A stretch of DNA of 64,000 nt from Eledone cirrhosa (Eukaryota): positions 111,414,001 through 111,478,000 of the forward strand of contig OZ024744.1 in the NCBI GenBank assembly GCA_964016885.1, written 5' to 3'. Below are positions 53,799-64,000 of the stretch, one piece after another. The position numbers and the translations under genes were made by a program. The notes under the pieces are model-generated. The model did not search any database. It was given only the letters and a program-made list of their open reading frames with translations, and was not told where the DNA came from. Numbering within the stretch: position 1 is the first letter of the stretch; each line of letters opens with the position of its first letter.

Positions 53799-56700
53799 AT
53801 GACCTCACTCAGAATAGGCAGCATAAATGCGCGTGGCTTGGGGTCGTCATGGAAGCAGGGTCACCTGCTCAACGACCTAAGGTCACTAAACATAGATGTA
53901 GTGACCATCAGCGAGACCAGATTCTCCGAAGCACGGGCCTTCGCACCGATCTTCGGCGGCTACGATGTGTACGCATCTCCCAGCCGTCCTGGATCGGGTG
54001 GAGGAGTTGCTGTGCTTTTTCGGAGAGGTTTGGATCTCGCCATACGGGCCATCTTCCTGGACCCAGAGGGTAAGCTGGTGGTGCTGGACGTGACCAGCGG
54101 AGACGGGCAAGCTTTCAGGCTAGTGGCCGTCTATGCCCCGACAGGAGCAGGGTGGCCTGATTTCTTCCGGCGTCTGGAGACCTTTCTTGGAACGTCCCGC
54201 TCTTTAGTGTTAGTGGGCGACTGGAAGGGGATCTTAGATGCACGCTGGGACTGTGTGGGATTAGCGGATAGGGGTGGAGGGTGCAAGAGCCTCACCAACC
54301 TGCTCCGGCGTTTTGAACTGTCTGACAGGTACCGATTGGATTTCCCGAATGTGCCAATGTGGACTTGGACAAACCGCATAGGGTCATCCAGATCATATCT
54401 AGATAGAGTATTTTGTAGGGAAATAGATAGGTCTAGCATAGGCTGTCCACAATTCAAGATAGTCAGCTACACGGACCACAAACTCGTGATCTGTGTGCTT
54501 GACTTAGATAGGCTTCATAGACGAGGACCCGGCTACTGGAAGCTAAACGCGTCCTTACCAGCGCGCAAGGCCTACAGAGACCGGATTAGCGAACTAGTTA
54601 AGCGGGCGTTGACGGGGGCCATCGTCAACAACAAGTGGTGGTTTGCTCTGAAAAGAGCGATTAGAATAGAATCGATTAGGTTTAGTAAGGCTTTAGCAAT
54701 AGAGAAAAATAGAGCAGAGGGAGAACTAATTAGAAAATTAGACGAGGCGCTTAGCAAAGGCATTGCGACCGACGTGCTTGCGGCGAAATTGGCCCTTGAC
54801 CAATTCTTCAATGCAAAGCACGAAGGCTGCGTTGTCAGAGCAAGGGTGCGTGCTCTCAGACACGAGGGGACGAAAGCCGTTCAATGGGCCCGAGTGGCGG
54901 AGGCGCGTCGTGGCAACAAAGCCACGATCCGGTCTTTGGTGGACCACGACGGGCGCATGCTACTCGATCCCGGGCAAATGTGTGAAGCTTTTCAGCGACA
55001 CTTCGCTCAGCTGTTCGGGGGCAGCGGTGGGCCGGGTAGAGGGATGGACTTTAGTGTCTACCTCGACGGACTGCCGCGGCTCTCGGCCACTGAGGCGAGG
55101 TGTTGCGAAAAGCCGATAACAGCCGCTGAAGTAAGGGAGGCAATGACTGGCTGCACAAGGGGTAAATCGCCTGGTTTGGATGGTCTGCCCTATGAACTTT
55201 ACGTACAGATGCCAGACTTGTTCGGAGGCCTCTTGGCGGACGTCTACTGCAACTGGCAACAGAACGGGAGAATTCCCAGTTCTGTGAGCCGAGGAGCGGT
55301 GGCACTGCTGAGAAAGGATCCGAACAAGGGGGATAACATAGAAAATTTCCGGCCCATAACTCTGCTAAACACAGAGTTTAAGATTTTGGCCAAGGTGCTA
55401 GCAAAGAGGTTGGCGCTTGTCGTTGGTGGTCTGGTGGGAGAGGCGCAGACATGCGCCATTCCCGACAGATCCATCCACGACAACCTCCACCTCATGCGAT
55501 ACATCGTAGAGAGGGTAGCTAGGGAACCTGGCACGGGTGGGTCCTTGATCAATTTAGATCAGTCGAAAGCTTTCGATAGGGTCGACCATCGTTACCTAGC
55601 GGCAGTCCTGAGGGCGGCTGGCTTTGGGCCCGTCTTCAGAGGCTGGATCGCTGCCATGCACAGCGACATCTGCTCTGTGGTGAGAGTGAACGGTCACCTG
55701 TCGGAACCGTTCAACATCATGCGCTCGGTCCGCCAAGGATGTCCCCTCTCGTCCCTCTTGTACGTATTGACTCTCGAGCCATTACTGCACAAACTGGAGA
55801 CGTTGAGGGGAGTCCCGCGCGAACTAGGATGCGGAAGATCCGTGTCAGCATATGCGGACGATGTCACCGTAGTGGTGTCGAACGCCAAACACATCGAGGC
55901 GATCGGCACTACACTAAGAGAATACGAAGCGGTGACAGGAGCAATGATCAACCAGGAAAAGTCAGTGGGCCTGCAGCTCGGCACCTGGAGAGGCAGGTCC
56001 ATGCCGTCCAACAGCGTCGTCGGACGCTGGACGGACGGACCGGTTAAATTGCTAGGGGTCTGGTTCGGTCCGGACCTCCAGACGGACAAAAACTGGGACG
56101 AGGTGACGAGCAGGGTGGCTTCTCTCACCCAGAAATGGGCGGAGAGGAAGCTATCCCTGAAAGGTCGAGCGGAGGTGGCTAACGCGTACATCGCGTCTGT
56201 CATCTGCTACCGCCTGACCGTCGTACCTTGTCCTAAGCCTCGCCTGACTGTGCTGGAGCGTTTGCTCTTTCGCTTTTTGTGGAAGGGACGCGCTCCGATG
56301 GTCAGGCGGTCCATCTGTTGTCAACACCCGCTACGTGGAGGGCTGGGCATGCCGTGGCTGATGATGCGCAGGCACGCGCTCAGGCTACGACATCTCCACC
56401 TCTTCCTCGACGGTGATCAGGTGTGGTCGCCGTTTGCTAGACGCGTTTTTCCCCAGCTCGTTTCCTTGACGGAGCTGCAGTCCTGGGTCAAGCGAAGACC
56501 GAGAGGGAGCGCCTGGAGACTGGAATGTCTTCAGGCGCTCACAGCCCTCGGCCAATCGGGCAATGTGATCGGTGGAAACTCCACCTCGGCGTTCTATAGA
56601 GGATTAGTGGAGGGGAAGAGCGACGACGTACTTGGGGAAACTCTAGGCGTCGACGAAAATCAACTAGCCAATCTCTTCGGAAGAACTTTCGGGCCAGGGC

Positions 56701-57218
56701 CTATGGACAACTTCCAGAAATCTCTGGCCTGGCAGTGCTACCGAGGAGCCTTGCCAGTTCGGGATAAACTCTACAGGCATGGAGGTGCCGTCAGCCGGGC
56801 ATGTCCGAGATGCGCGCAGGGCCACGAAACCGTCCTGCACGCACTCGTCCAGTGTCCGAAAATTGCTGACTTGTGGGTTTATGTCGAACACCTGCTGTCG
56901 CGTTTAGGACGGATCCGGCTATCATCTGAGTCCATCGTGAGGATTGCCCCGCCCTCCTCCTTTAGCCGGGAAGGGCAGGCAGTTTTTATCTGCCTGGTGG
57001 CCATGGTGAAAGAGATAGTATGGTGGACACGTTTGAAAGGGCTGAAGACGAGCACTTACCTCTTCGGTGATGCTCTGATTGACTTTTTCAAATTTCATTT
57101 GAAAAGGAAAATCAGAGTAGAGAGGGAAGTGCTCTCTTCCCAACATTTTGTTGAAAGATGGGTGAGAGAAGCAAGAATGGCCCGAGTGAATGGGCCTACT
57201 CTGAGTATATATCTGTAA
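53799..57218 (+). CDS. LINE ORF2: APE endonuclease + reverse transcriptase + zf-RVT, 1139 aa
   Basis: NARGL, SET, VYAP, GDW, YLDR, TDH; KSPGLDG, FRPITLLN, DQSKAFD, RQGCPLS, YADD, LLGV; CPRC..ETVLHALVQC. Confidence 0.95.
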   Translation: MTSLRIGSINARGLGSSWKQGHLLNDLRSLNIDVVTISETRFSEARAFAPIFGGYDVYASPSRPGSGGGVAVLFRRGLDLAIRAIFLDPEGKLVVLDVTSGDGQAFRLVAVYAPTGAGWPDFFRRLETFLGTSRSLVLVGDWKGILDARWDCVGLADRGGGCKSLTNLLRRFELSDRYRLDFPNVPMWTWTNRIGSSRSYLDRVFCREIDRSSIGCPQFKIVSYTDHKLVICVLDLDRLHRRGPGYWKLNASLPARKAYRDRISELVKRALTGAIVNNKWWFALKRAIRIESIRFSKALAIEKNRAEGELIRKLDEALSKGIATDVLAAKLALDQFFNAKHEGCVVRARVRALRHEGTKAVQWARVAEARRGNKATIRSLVDHDGRMLLDPGQMCEAFQRHFAQLFGGSGGPGRGMDFSVYLDGLPRLSATEARCCEKPITAAEVREAMTGCTRGKSPGLDGLPYELYVQMPDLFGGLLADVYCNWQQNGRIPSSVSRGAVALLRKDPNKGDNIENFRPITLLNTEFKILAKVLAKRLALVVGGLVGEAQTCAIPDRSIHDNLHLMRYIVERVAREPGTGGSLINLDQSKAFDRVDHRYLAAVLRAAGFGPVFRGWIAAMHSDICSVVRVNGHLSEPFNIMRSVRQGCPLSSLLYVLTLEPLLHKLETLRGVPRELGCGRSVSAYADDVTVVVSNAKHIEAIGTTLREYEAVTGAMINQEKSVGLQLGTWRGRSMPSNSVVGRWTDGPVKLLGVWFGPDLQTDKNWDEVTSRVASLTQKWAERKLSLKGRAEVANAYIASVICYRLTVVPCPKPRLTVLERLLFRFLWKGRAPMVRRSICCQHPLRGGLGMPWLMMRRHALRLRHLHLFLDGDQVWSPFARRVFPQLVSLTELQSWVKRRPRGSAWRLECLQALTALGQSGNVIGGNSTSAFYRGLVEGKSDDVLGETLGVDENQLANLFGRTFGPGPMDNFQKSLAWQCYRGALPVRDKLYRHGGAVSRACPRCAQGHETVLHALVQCPKIADLWVYVEHLLSRLGRIRLSSESIVRIAPPSSFSREGQAVFICLVAMVKEIVWWTRLKGLKTSTYLFGDALIDFFKFHLKRKIRVEREVLSSQHFVERWVREARMARVNGPTLSIYL

Positions 57219-57473
57219 ATTAAAGGTGGAAAACTGGGAGAGGGCACTTGCCTTGGTGGTCAGGGTCATTGTGGCTTTTTACTGGGCTTTCTCCACAAAT
57301 GTCCCTCCGAAGTCTGCCCTCTATTGGGGAATTTTTCATTTTTCATTGTTATTTTTTGTTACATCCTCTGTTTTTGTTTTTTACACGCAGAAATGCCCAT
57401 TTGTACCGTCCTGCATTGTCCTGCACTGTCCTTAATGTCTACTTTATGTAAACCCTTGTGGTTAATAAAGAAA

Positions 57474-57519
<46 letters not shown>

Positions 57520-57531
57520 ATAATAATAATA

Positions 57532-57607
57532 CAAATAATTATAACAGGTAAATTTTCAAATAATTATAACAGGTAAATTTTCAAATAATTATAACAGGTA
57601 AATTTTC
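57532..57607. repeat. 25-bp tandem repeat, 3 copies
   Basis: CAAATAATTATAACAGGTAAATTTT at 57532, 57557 and 57582. Confidence 0.9.
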
Positions 57608-58199
57608 AGCAGCACCATTATTGCTGCCGCTACTGCTGCTGCTGATCAAGACACGCACACTAATTCATCTTCAGTCTAGAAAATTGTTGAAGTTATTCTT
57701 TATAAATTTAAGAGTGTTGATTCAGCTATAAGAAAAGAATTTGAAAAACATCCTACTTTTATATTCACCAAAGGTGAAATGGAACCAGCAGGAGGGAACT
57801 TTTACAACCCCTTTCTTAAATACTCCCTTAAACATCTCCAATACCTCCAAACTACACCTCCAATCAATTATCTTGCTCTTACCATTCACTATTTTTTTTC
57901 ACTCCGACATAAAACCTACGGCTCAGTAGTAACCGATGATGTTGATCTTTTCTTCTTTTCGGGTTATAGCCACTGTCACTCAGAGAGTGGGATTGGCTTA
58001 GTGCAGTCTTTCCTCATATAAAAAAAAATCTTCACGCAAAAGCATTGCACAATAGAATTAATTAATAATTATCAATAATGTTATATCGTACAATGGCCAT
58101 ACTCAATAATGAGGGAGCAGCCATCATGCATGTATCTCTTTCATTTAATTTCGAGTATATTTTTGACCGGCCACCTTCCTGGTGGCAAGGTTGTAAAAG

Positions 58200-59086
58200 A
58201 AAACAAATTGTCATCCCTTGAATCGCAAGAATGTTTTGCCAATTTTTAAGGTGCCAGATATCGCTGCCATTTGTAGTCTATGAATTAGGGAGCTGCGCTC
58301 TTTGTCCACAAATCCATGTTCAGTTATACTTTGGTCCTGGGCTGGTATATAACCTGTAGCTCTAATAATGATGGGTATGAAGCTGAAAGTGTATCTTGGA
58401 TACTGGATCTATAAACTCCTCATCAATGGTCCGTTGATGTCCTCCTTCTCTTGTATTTTTCTTACAACATTTACATCAAGTGGGCAGCTGATCTCTACAA
58501 CAGAGTATGTTTTCAATGTGTGCCCCCAAACAACAATATTAGGCCGGTTGTGTTTTAATTTGATGGCAGTTTTTATTTTCAGGTTCCACCAATATTCCTT
58601 AGTGCCATCTATCTCAACATATTCCTCCCTATTTGTTTTTAATTGTGTTTTCCTAAGTGCGTTCCAGATGGGTCTAGCTATCCCATCGTGTCTCATGGGG
58701 AGGTAGTAGCGAGATGACATTCTTTCACAGATGGCAACAATGTGGCTAACATCTTCAATCTTGTTTTACACAGCCTACATTTATTGTCGACTGATGGCCC
58801 TCCTATTTTGTGTAGCAGATATTTGGTAGGGAGTTCTTGTTCTTGTATTACATAGAGGTATCCTTCAAGGTGGGATGTCATAAACTTGTCGGAATTCCAT
58901 GCCAGAATCTTTGGTTGATTTATCCCCTCTATGGTCTCTGTTATTCGTCTCAGATACCCATGCACAACTTTCTCTGTAAATTGGTCTATTTTTCTTATCC
59001 TGTTCGAACATTGAATAGGATCTTCCAATTTCTCTGGGAGAGAGATTTATATCAGGTCTTATACCATATCTCTCCTCCAGACCTGT
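58200..59086 (-). mobile_element. R4/Dong-like RLE non-LTR retrotransposon, 3' fragment
   Basis: HG.Y.R, EGYLYVIQEQ, KCRLC, RHD, HNRPNIVVW..VVEISCP. Confidence 0.82.
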
Positions 59087-59105
59087 GGCTATCCTAATAA
59101 TATAA

Positions 59106-59192
59106 CTGTTTCTACTTTAGGCACAAGTCCAGCAAATACCCAGTGCATTACTGGTACTTTATTTTATCGACCCCGTAAGGATGAAAGGCAAA
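59106..59192 (-). mobile_element. 5'-truncated SINE with 19-bp TSD
   Basis: GGCTATCCTAATAATATAA at 59087 and 59193. Confidence 0.85.
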
Positions 59193-59295
59193 GGCTATCC
59201 TAATAATATAATGTATGTATGTATGTATGTATGTATGTATGTATGTATGTATGTATGTATGTATGTATGTATGTATGTATGTATGTATGTATGTA

Positions 59296-60250
59296 TGTGC
59301 AGTGCCTTTGCTTACTATAAAAGCTTCACAGCACAGGCATTGCTTTATATCTGGAGATCTCTCTGCACTTGTCGTCACATGGTACCATGGGCCCAGCACT
59401 ATGTGTCAATAATTGTCACAAGTGTAGTGTTTGTACCAGAGTGTTCAAGTCACTGGCTGGACTAAAAAGTCACACTCGTTCAGCGCATCGGTAGGGGTTC
59501 TCCTACATGGATATAAAGTAGTGGCCGTACTCGAAAATGAGTTGGCAGCTACCATGTATGTATGTATGTATGTATGTATGTATGTATGTATGTATGTATG
59601 TATGTATGTATGTATGTGTGTATGTCAGGTCACCAGTTGGTGCTACTGGTAACATGTATCCCAGTACAACCTGTCTCATGGTCGGGTCGTTGGCGACTAA
59701 ACTGGCAACCCCACCAAGGTTTCTTGGTGAGGAGGGTGGCTTTGGACATCCTGCAGGACTAAAAACAAAACCTGTCAAAGGGCAAAGGAGCTCTTAAGAG
59801 TCAATGGCCATCCAAAATCACTGGGAGAGATGACCCCTTAGCCTTTGTCAAGGCAGAATTCTAGGAGAAGGAAAACTCTGATATAACACCTGCAACTCTG
59901 ATGGTATCCAATGATGTTGACTTGTTCTTCTTTTTGGTAAATATCATCTTGGTTAAGAGAGTGGGACTGGCTTCGTGCAGTGCCTTTGCTCACTATAAAA
60001 GCTTCACGGCACAGGCATTGCTTTATATCTGGAGATCTCTCTGCACTTGTCGTCACATGGTACCAAAGGCAAAGCACTATGTGTCAATAATTGTCACAGG
60101 TGTAGTGTTTGTACCAGAGTTTTCAAGTCGCTGGCTGGACTAAAAAGTCACACTCGTTCAGCGCATCGGTAGGAGTTCTCCTACATGGATATAAAGTAGT
60201 GGCCGTACTCGAAAACGAGTTGGCAGCCACCACCATGTATGTATGTATGT
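59296..60250 (+). mobile_element. Non-coding retroposon-like repeat with (ATGT)n tail: 260-bp truncated copy (59296-59555) and longer copy (about 59625-60250)
   Basis: GTGCAGTGCCTTTGC...GAGTTGGCAGC..ACCATGTATG is duplicated. A related fragment lies at about 57930-58050. Confidence 0.65.
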
Positions 60251-60251
60251 T

Positions 60252-61726
60252 CTTCTGGTTTTATAATTTCACAAATTTTTACCAATAGAGAGAGAGTTGG
60301 TTTCTAACATAGACACAAGATTCTCTCATTGGAATTTACACAACATCAACTAGGTAGATATGTATGTATGCATGCATGTGTAGATATGGATGTTATTGTA
60401 TGCGTGGATGTGTATGTTTTGAGTTGTATGTGTGCATGTGTATACGCTTTGTATCTGTACATGTGTATATGCAGTTAGTAGATGCAAAGTTTTTGGAATG
60501 TTTTACATATTTTTACTGTTCCATTAATGGACTGTACTTGTAATTTCATAACTAGTTGTGTTCTTTCTGTTCCTGTGAAGCCTAACTTCTCAAGATTTGT
60601 ATTGAGGCAGTTACTAACATACCCCAGTGCCCCAATAATCACAGGCATAAATCTGAAGGTGTTATCAGGGTGGAGTATCTGCAGATTTCTGATCAGTTCT
60701 GCATAAATATTCTCCTTTTCGTTAATCTTTGATATTATATTGGCATCTGCTGGGCAGCTAATTTCCACTACTGTGCATGCTTTCTTTTCCTGTCTCATAT
60801 CATAATATCTGGTCTGTAATGCCTGCATTTTATTGGGGTTTTTACTGGAACATTCCACCAGTACTCTTTCATATTGTGTACATGGATGACTTCCACATTG
60901 CTGTAGCCTTTTTAATGTGTTTATTATCGGGGTTATCTTTTCTAGAGATTGCATTGTACAGTGTTTTGGCCACTACATCATGCCTCGTAGGTAGATAGTA
61001 GCGCGATGACATCTTTGGACAGCTGCTTATGACATGGGTGATATCCTCGATGCTAGTTCTGCTGAGTCTCCACTTTTTATCACATCTAGGTGTTTTGCCT
61101 GCATCCCTATCTCTTTTGTGAATCAGGTATTTCGTGTTAATTTCCTGTTCTTGGATTGCAAAAGCGTATCCTTCAAAGTGGGAGCCAATATAGCGGTTGT
61201 TGGCCCAAGATAGACTACTTTGTTTATCTATATTACTCTCACTCTGGAGCTTCCTGGCAACATATCCATGCATGATTTTTTGCTGATAAGTATGCAGTTT
61301 TTCATCCATGGATTCACTGCGATACTGCTGAACGACTTCCCTGGGTGTGAGATTTTGATTATCACACTGGGAATATCTCTCGAGGAGTTCCTTCCCAACT
61401 CTCATGATCTTATCTGTTTCATGCAGATAGACTTGCTCCAGAGACGGGCTCCTACGCTTGAGGTTCGTAGATGATGTCGGAGGGATGTGATGCGACATTC
61501 AAATGTTGTCTGGACTGATGTTAGGCCTCTGCCTCCCTGCTTACGTTTCAAGTAAAGGCGGTCTATGTCACTGTTGATGTGGAAGTTTCCGGTGTTGTTT
61601 AGTATTTTTCGAGTCCTAACATCAATCATTCGGATTTCGTCTATCGTCCATTTGAGTATTCCAAATGTTGGTGTTAGGACAGGCACAGCAAACACATTGT
61701 GAGCCACTGTTTTGTTTTGCGCAGAG
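60252..61726 (-). mobile_element. R4/Dong-like RLE non-LTR retrotransposon, 3' portion
   Basis: AVPVLTPTFG, IDVRTRK, RLYLKRKQGGRGL, MHGY, EGYAFAIQEQ, HVISSC, RHD, VVEISCP, PVIIGALG. Confidence 0.88.
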
Positions 61727-61975
61727 AGTATGTATGTATGTATGTATGTATGTATGTATGTATGTATGTATGTATGTATGTATGTATGTATGTATGTATG
61801 TATGTATGTATTACGTACATATGTCAATATGTACCTATTCATATTTGTACGTATGTATATTTGTGTGTATATATGTATGAATGTATGTGTGTGTATGTAT
61901 ATATACAGTTACACGTATATACTTACGTAAATACATCCGTAAAGAAGCATGAGCACGCACAGACACACACACACA

Positions 61976-62045
<70 letters not shown>

Positions 62046-62344
62046 TATATATATAGAGAGAGAGAGAGTGGGGGGGGGGGGCGATTAAGTGGTTTAGTAC
62101 ATTTGTGGTTTACTGAGGAAGGTACCAAAATCAGAACTGTAGACACTCTATGCAGAGTGTCTATATTAAGAATAAAATGAGGTTTCTCATTGATTATATA
62201 CAGTTAAGACTATCTCACAGATAGTTGGCTCAGGATCCATTTCAAGGCACAATCTGACTTGTTAATCAAGCAAAACCAAAATCTGATGGCATCCCGTCTG
62301 AAATGATGTACACACACCCACAATCATCAAGAGACATACTCCTA

Positions 62345-62434
<90 letters not shown>

Positions 62435-62965
62435 AATTAAGGTTGTCATGTCTGAGAGACATGCGCCATATCCACTGTTGAATAAGCTCAAAGATTCCAA
62501 TGAATAGATCCGAACATTTCATATCAACTAGAAATAGATTGACATATATATATATCTAAAATAAACATATGAAACATAGGAAATAATTTGTAAAAGTGTG
62601 TAAGCACACATAGCTAGGTAGGTAACTAATTAAAGTTTAACTAGAACTTTAAAAATATATACCTTATAAATCTTCCTTGTATATATTTCATTAAAGAAAT
62701 ATATTTCACCATCAATCGATCGGTAAACCACAGTAGCCAAATTCCGGATTTTCAACAAGGGAGAAGATCTAACTAACTAATTCAAATCTGCGAATGACTA
62801 GCAGCACGTGTTGCATTTTTTAAAAATACACACATCATACCAGTTTCATCCCAGTGGCGTGAATAGGGTTATTGACAACTAGAAATAGCAGCCGAGTTAG
62901 CTCTACAATTAAGGGGGCCATATATATATATATATAGCCATACACACACACACGCACGCACACGC

Positions 62966-63067
<102 letters not shown>

Positions 63068-63639
63068 TACACAAAAATCAAAGCTATGTTCAAATCATTT
63101 TATTGCTGACAATCGTTTCTTCCAAACTATCGTTTGGAATCATCGGAGCAGTAGCAACGTTTGTACATATAATTAATCTCCTATTCAACTGAACAATCAT
63201 ATAGATACATGATATTAATGTTGTCAACAGTTTCGTATTTACAAGGTGAAATGGATGCGACATAGATTACAAGTGATTTGTACAATAATTAAAATTACAT
63301 ATTAAAAATTAAAAATTATAAAGTATTATTATATACAGAGTGGAATGCAAGTTTATTTGTCAACATAGTCCCTGGAAAGAAACAATGCAGTTATTAATAA
63401 GAGGAGTTGAAATTAATGCATGCAAGATTTCACAGCTCTAGCATCACTATATATATATATAAATTAAAGGTTAATTAGTCCCTAATACTTAAAAATGACA
63501 ATGAGTGGAATCACTCAGGGAAGCAATATTAAATTTAAGTAAGAAAAAAACTATATTTATTGGAGTATAAGCCACATAGATAAAATAAAATAAAAATTCT
63601 ATCTCTATTCTCGCTTGTATAAAGATCTCCCTATCATGG

Positions 63640-63985
63640 TTTCTTTTGCGGAAGAACCTATTTTTGGAAGAACCAATAATTGAAGAATCCGCAATACTGT
63701 ATGTATATTTTCTTTAGACAATTCCGGAGATCACCAAAACTTGTTCTAACAGGGAACTGAAGTAAGTCTTGAGAATTTGAATGACAGCTCGATAGAGGAA
63801 GGGATAAGAGGAATCTTGGGAATAAATGTATTTTCTCGTTGCTGATTGCCTTCAAGAATAGTGACCTCTAGGAGATGGTTCATTATCTGCCTCGCTGCTG
63901 TAAAGTGTGTGTTATTATATAGACGTGGTTTCATCACGTTTCTCAACAGGATGATGGGAGTTCCAATCTTTTATATTATATGTAG
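63640..63985 (-). mobile_element. Helitron Pif1-like helicase fragment
   Basis: KIGTPIILLRN, EVTILEG..FIPKIPLIPS..F.F.R.QFPVR.SF. Confidence 0.8.
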
Positions 63986-64000
63986 ACATAGATATATAGA

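Larger units (their letters stand above)
51472..57516 (+). mobile_element. Full-length Tx1/L1-clade LINE (about 6.0 kb) with (TTA)n tail
   Basis: 5' UTR, ORF1 with zinc knuckle, open ORF2, AATAAA at 57464, (TTA)n. Confidence 0.95.

Overview
This is eukaryotic, repeat-saturated DNA. It is AT-rich and dense in (TA)n, (CA)n and (TATG)n. An abundant tRNA-derived SINE resembles repeats I recall from octopod cephalopod genomes, so the host assignment is inference only. I recognise no host protein-coding gene; most long ORFs in the track are translations of simple repeats. Recognisable content: (1) three Tx1/L1-clade LINEs, one full length with an open ORF2, plus a divergent ORF1 relic whose Thr/Pro linker appears to have expanded into a 4.4-kb minisatellite; (2) five Penelope-like elements of Naiad type (YRDD-type RT, C-terminal GIY-YIG); (3) Helitron Rep/helicase relics and a non-autonomous Helitron; (4) CRE-, RTE- and R4-like fragments; (5) about 12 SINE copies. 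The most notable signal is about 20 type I hammerhead ribozyme motifs (18 with recognisable cores, 2 degraded) from roughly nine sequence families. Several have very large, branched stem II domains (82-97 nt), several have GUU cleavage triplets, and one has a CAGAAGA core. Many lie in ~500-530-bp non-coding units arranged in tandem and inverted arrays embedded in (TA)n. All RNA structures were paired by eye, not computed.
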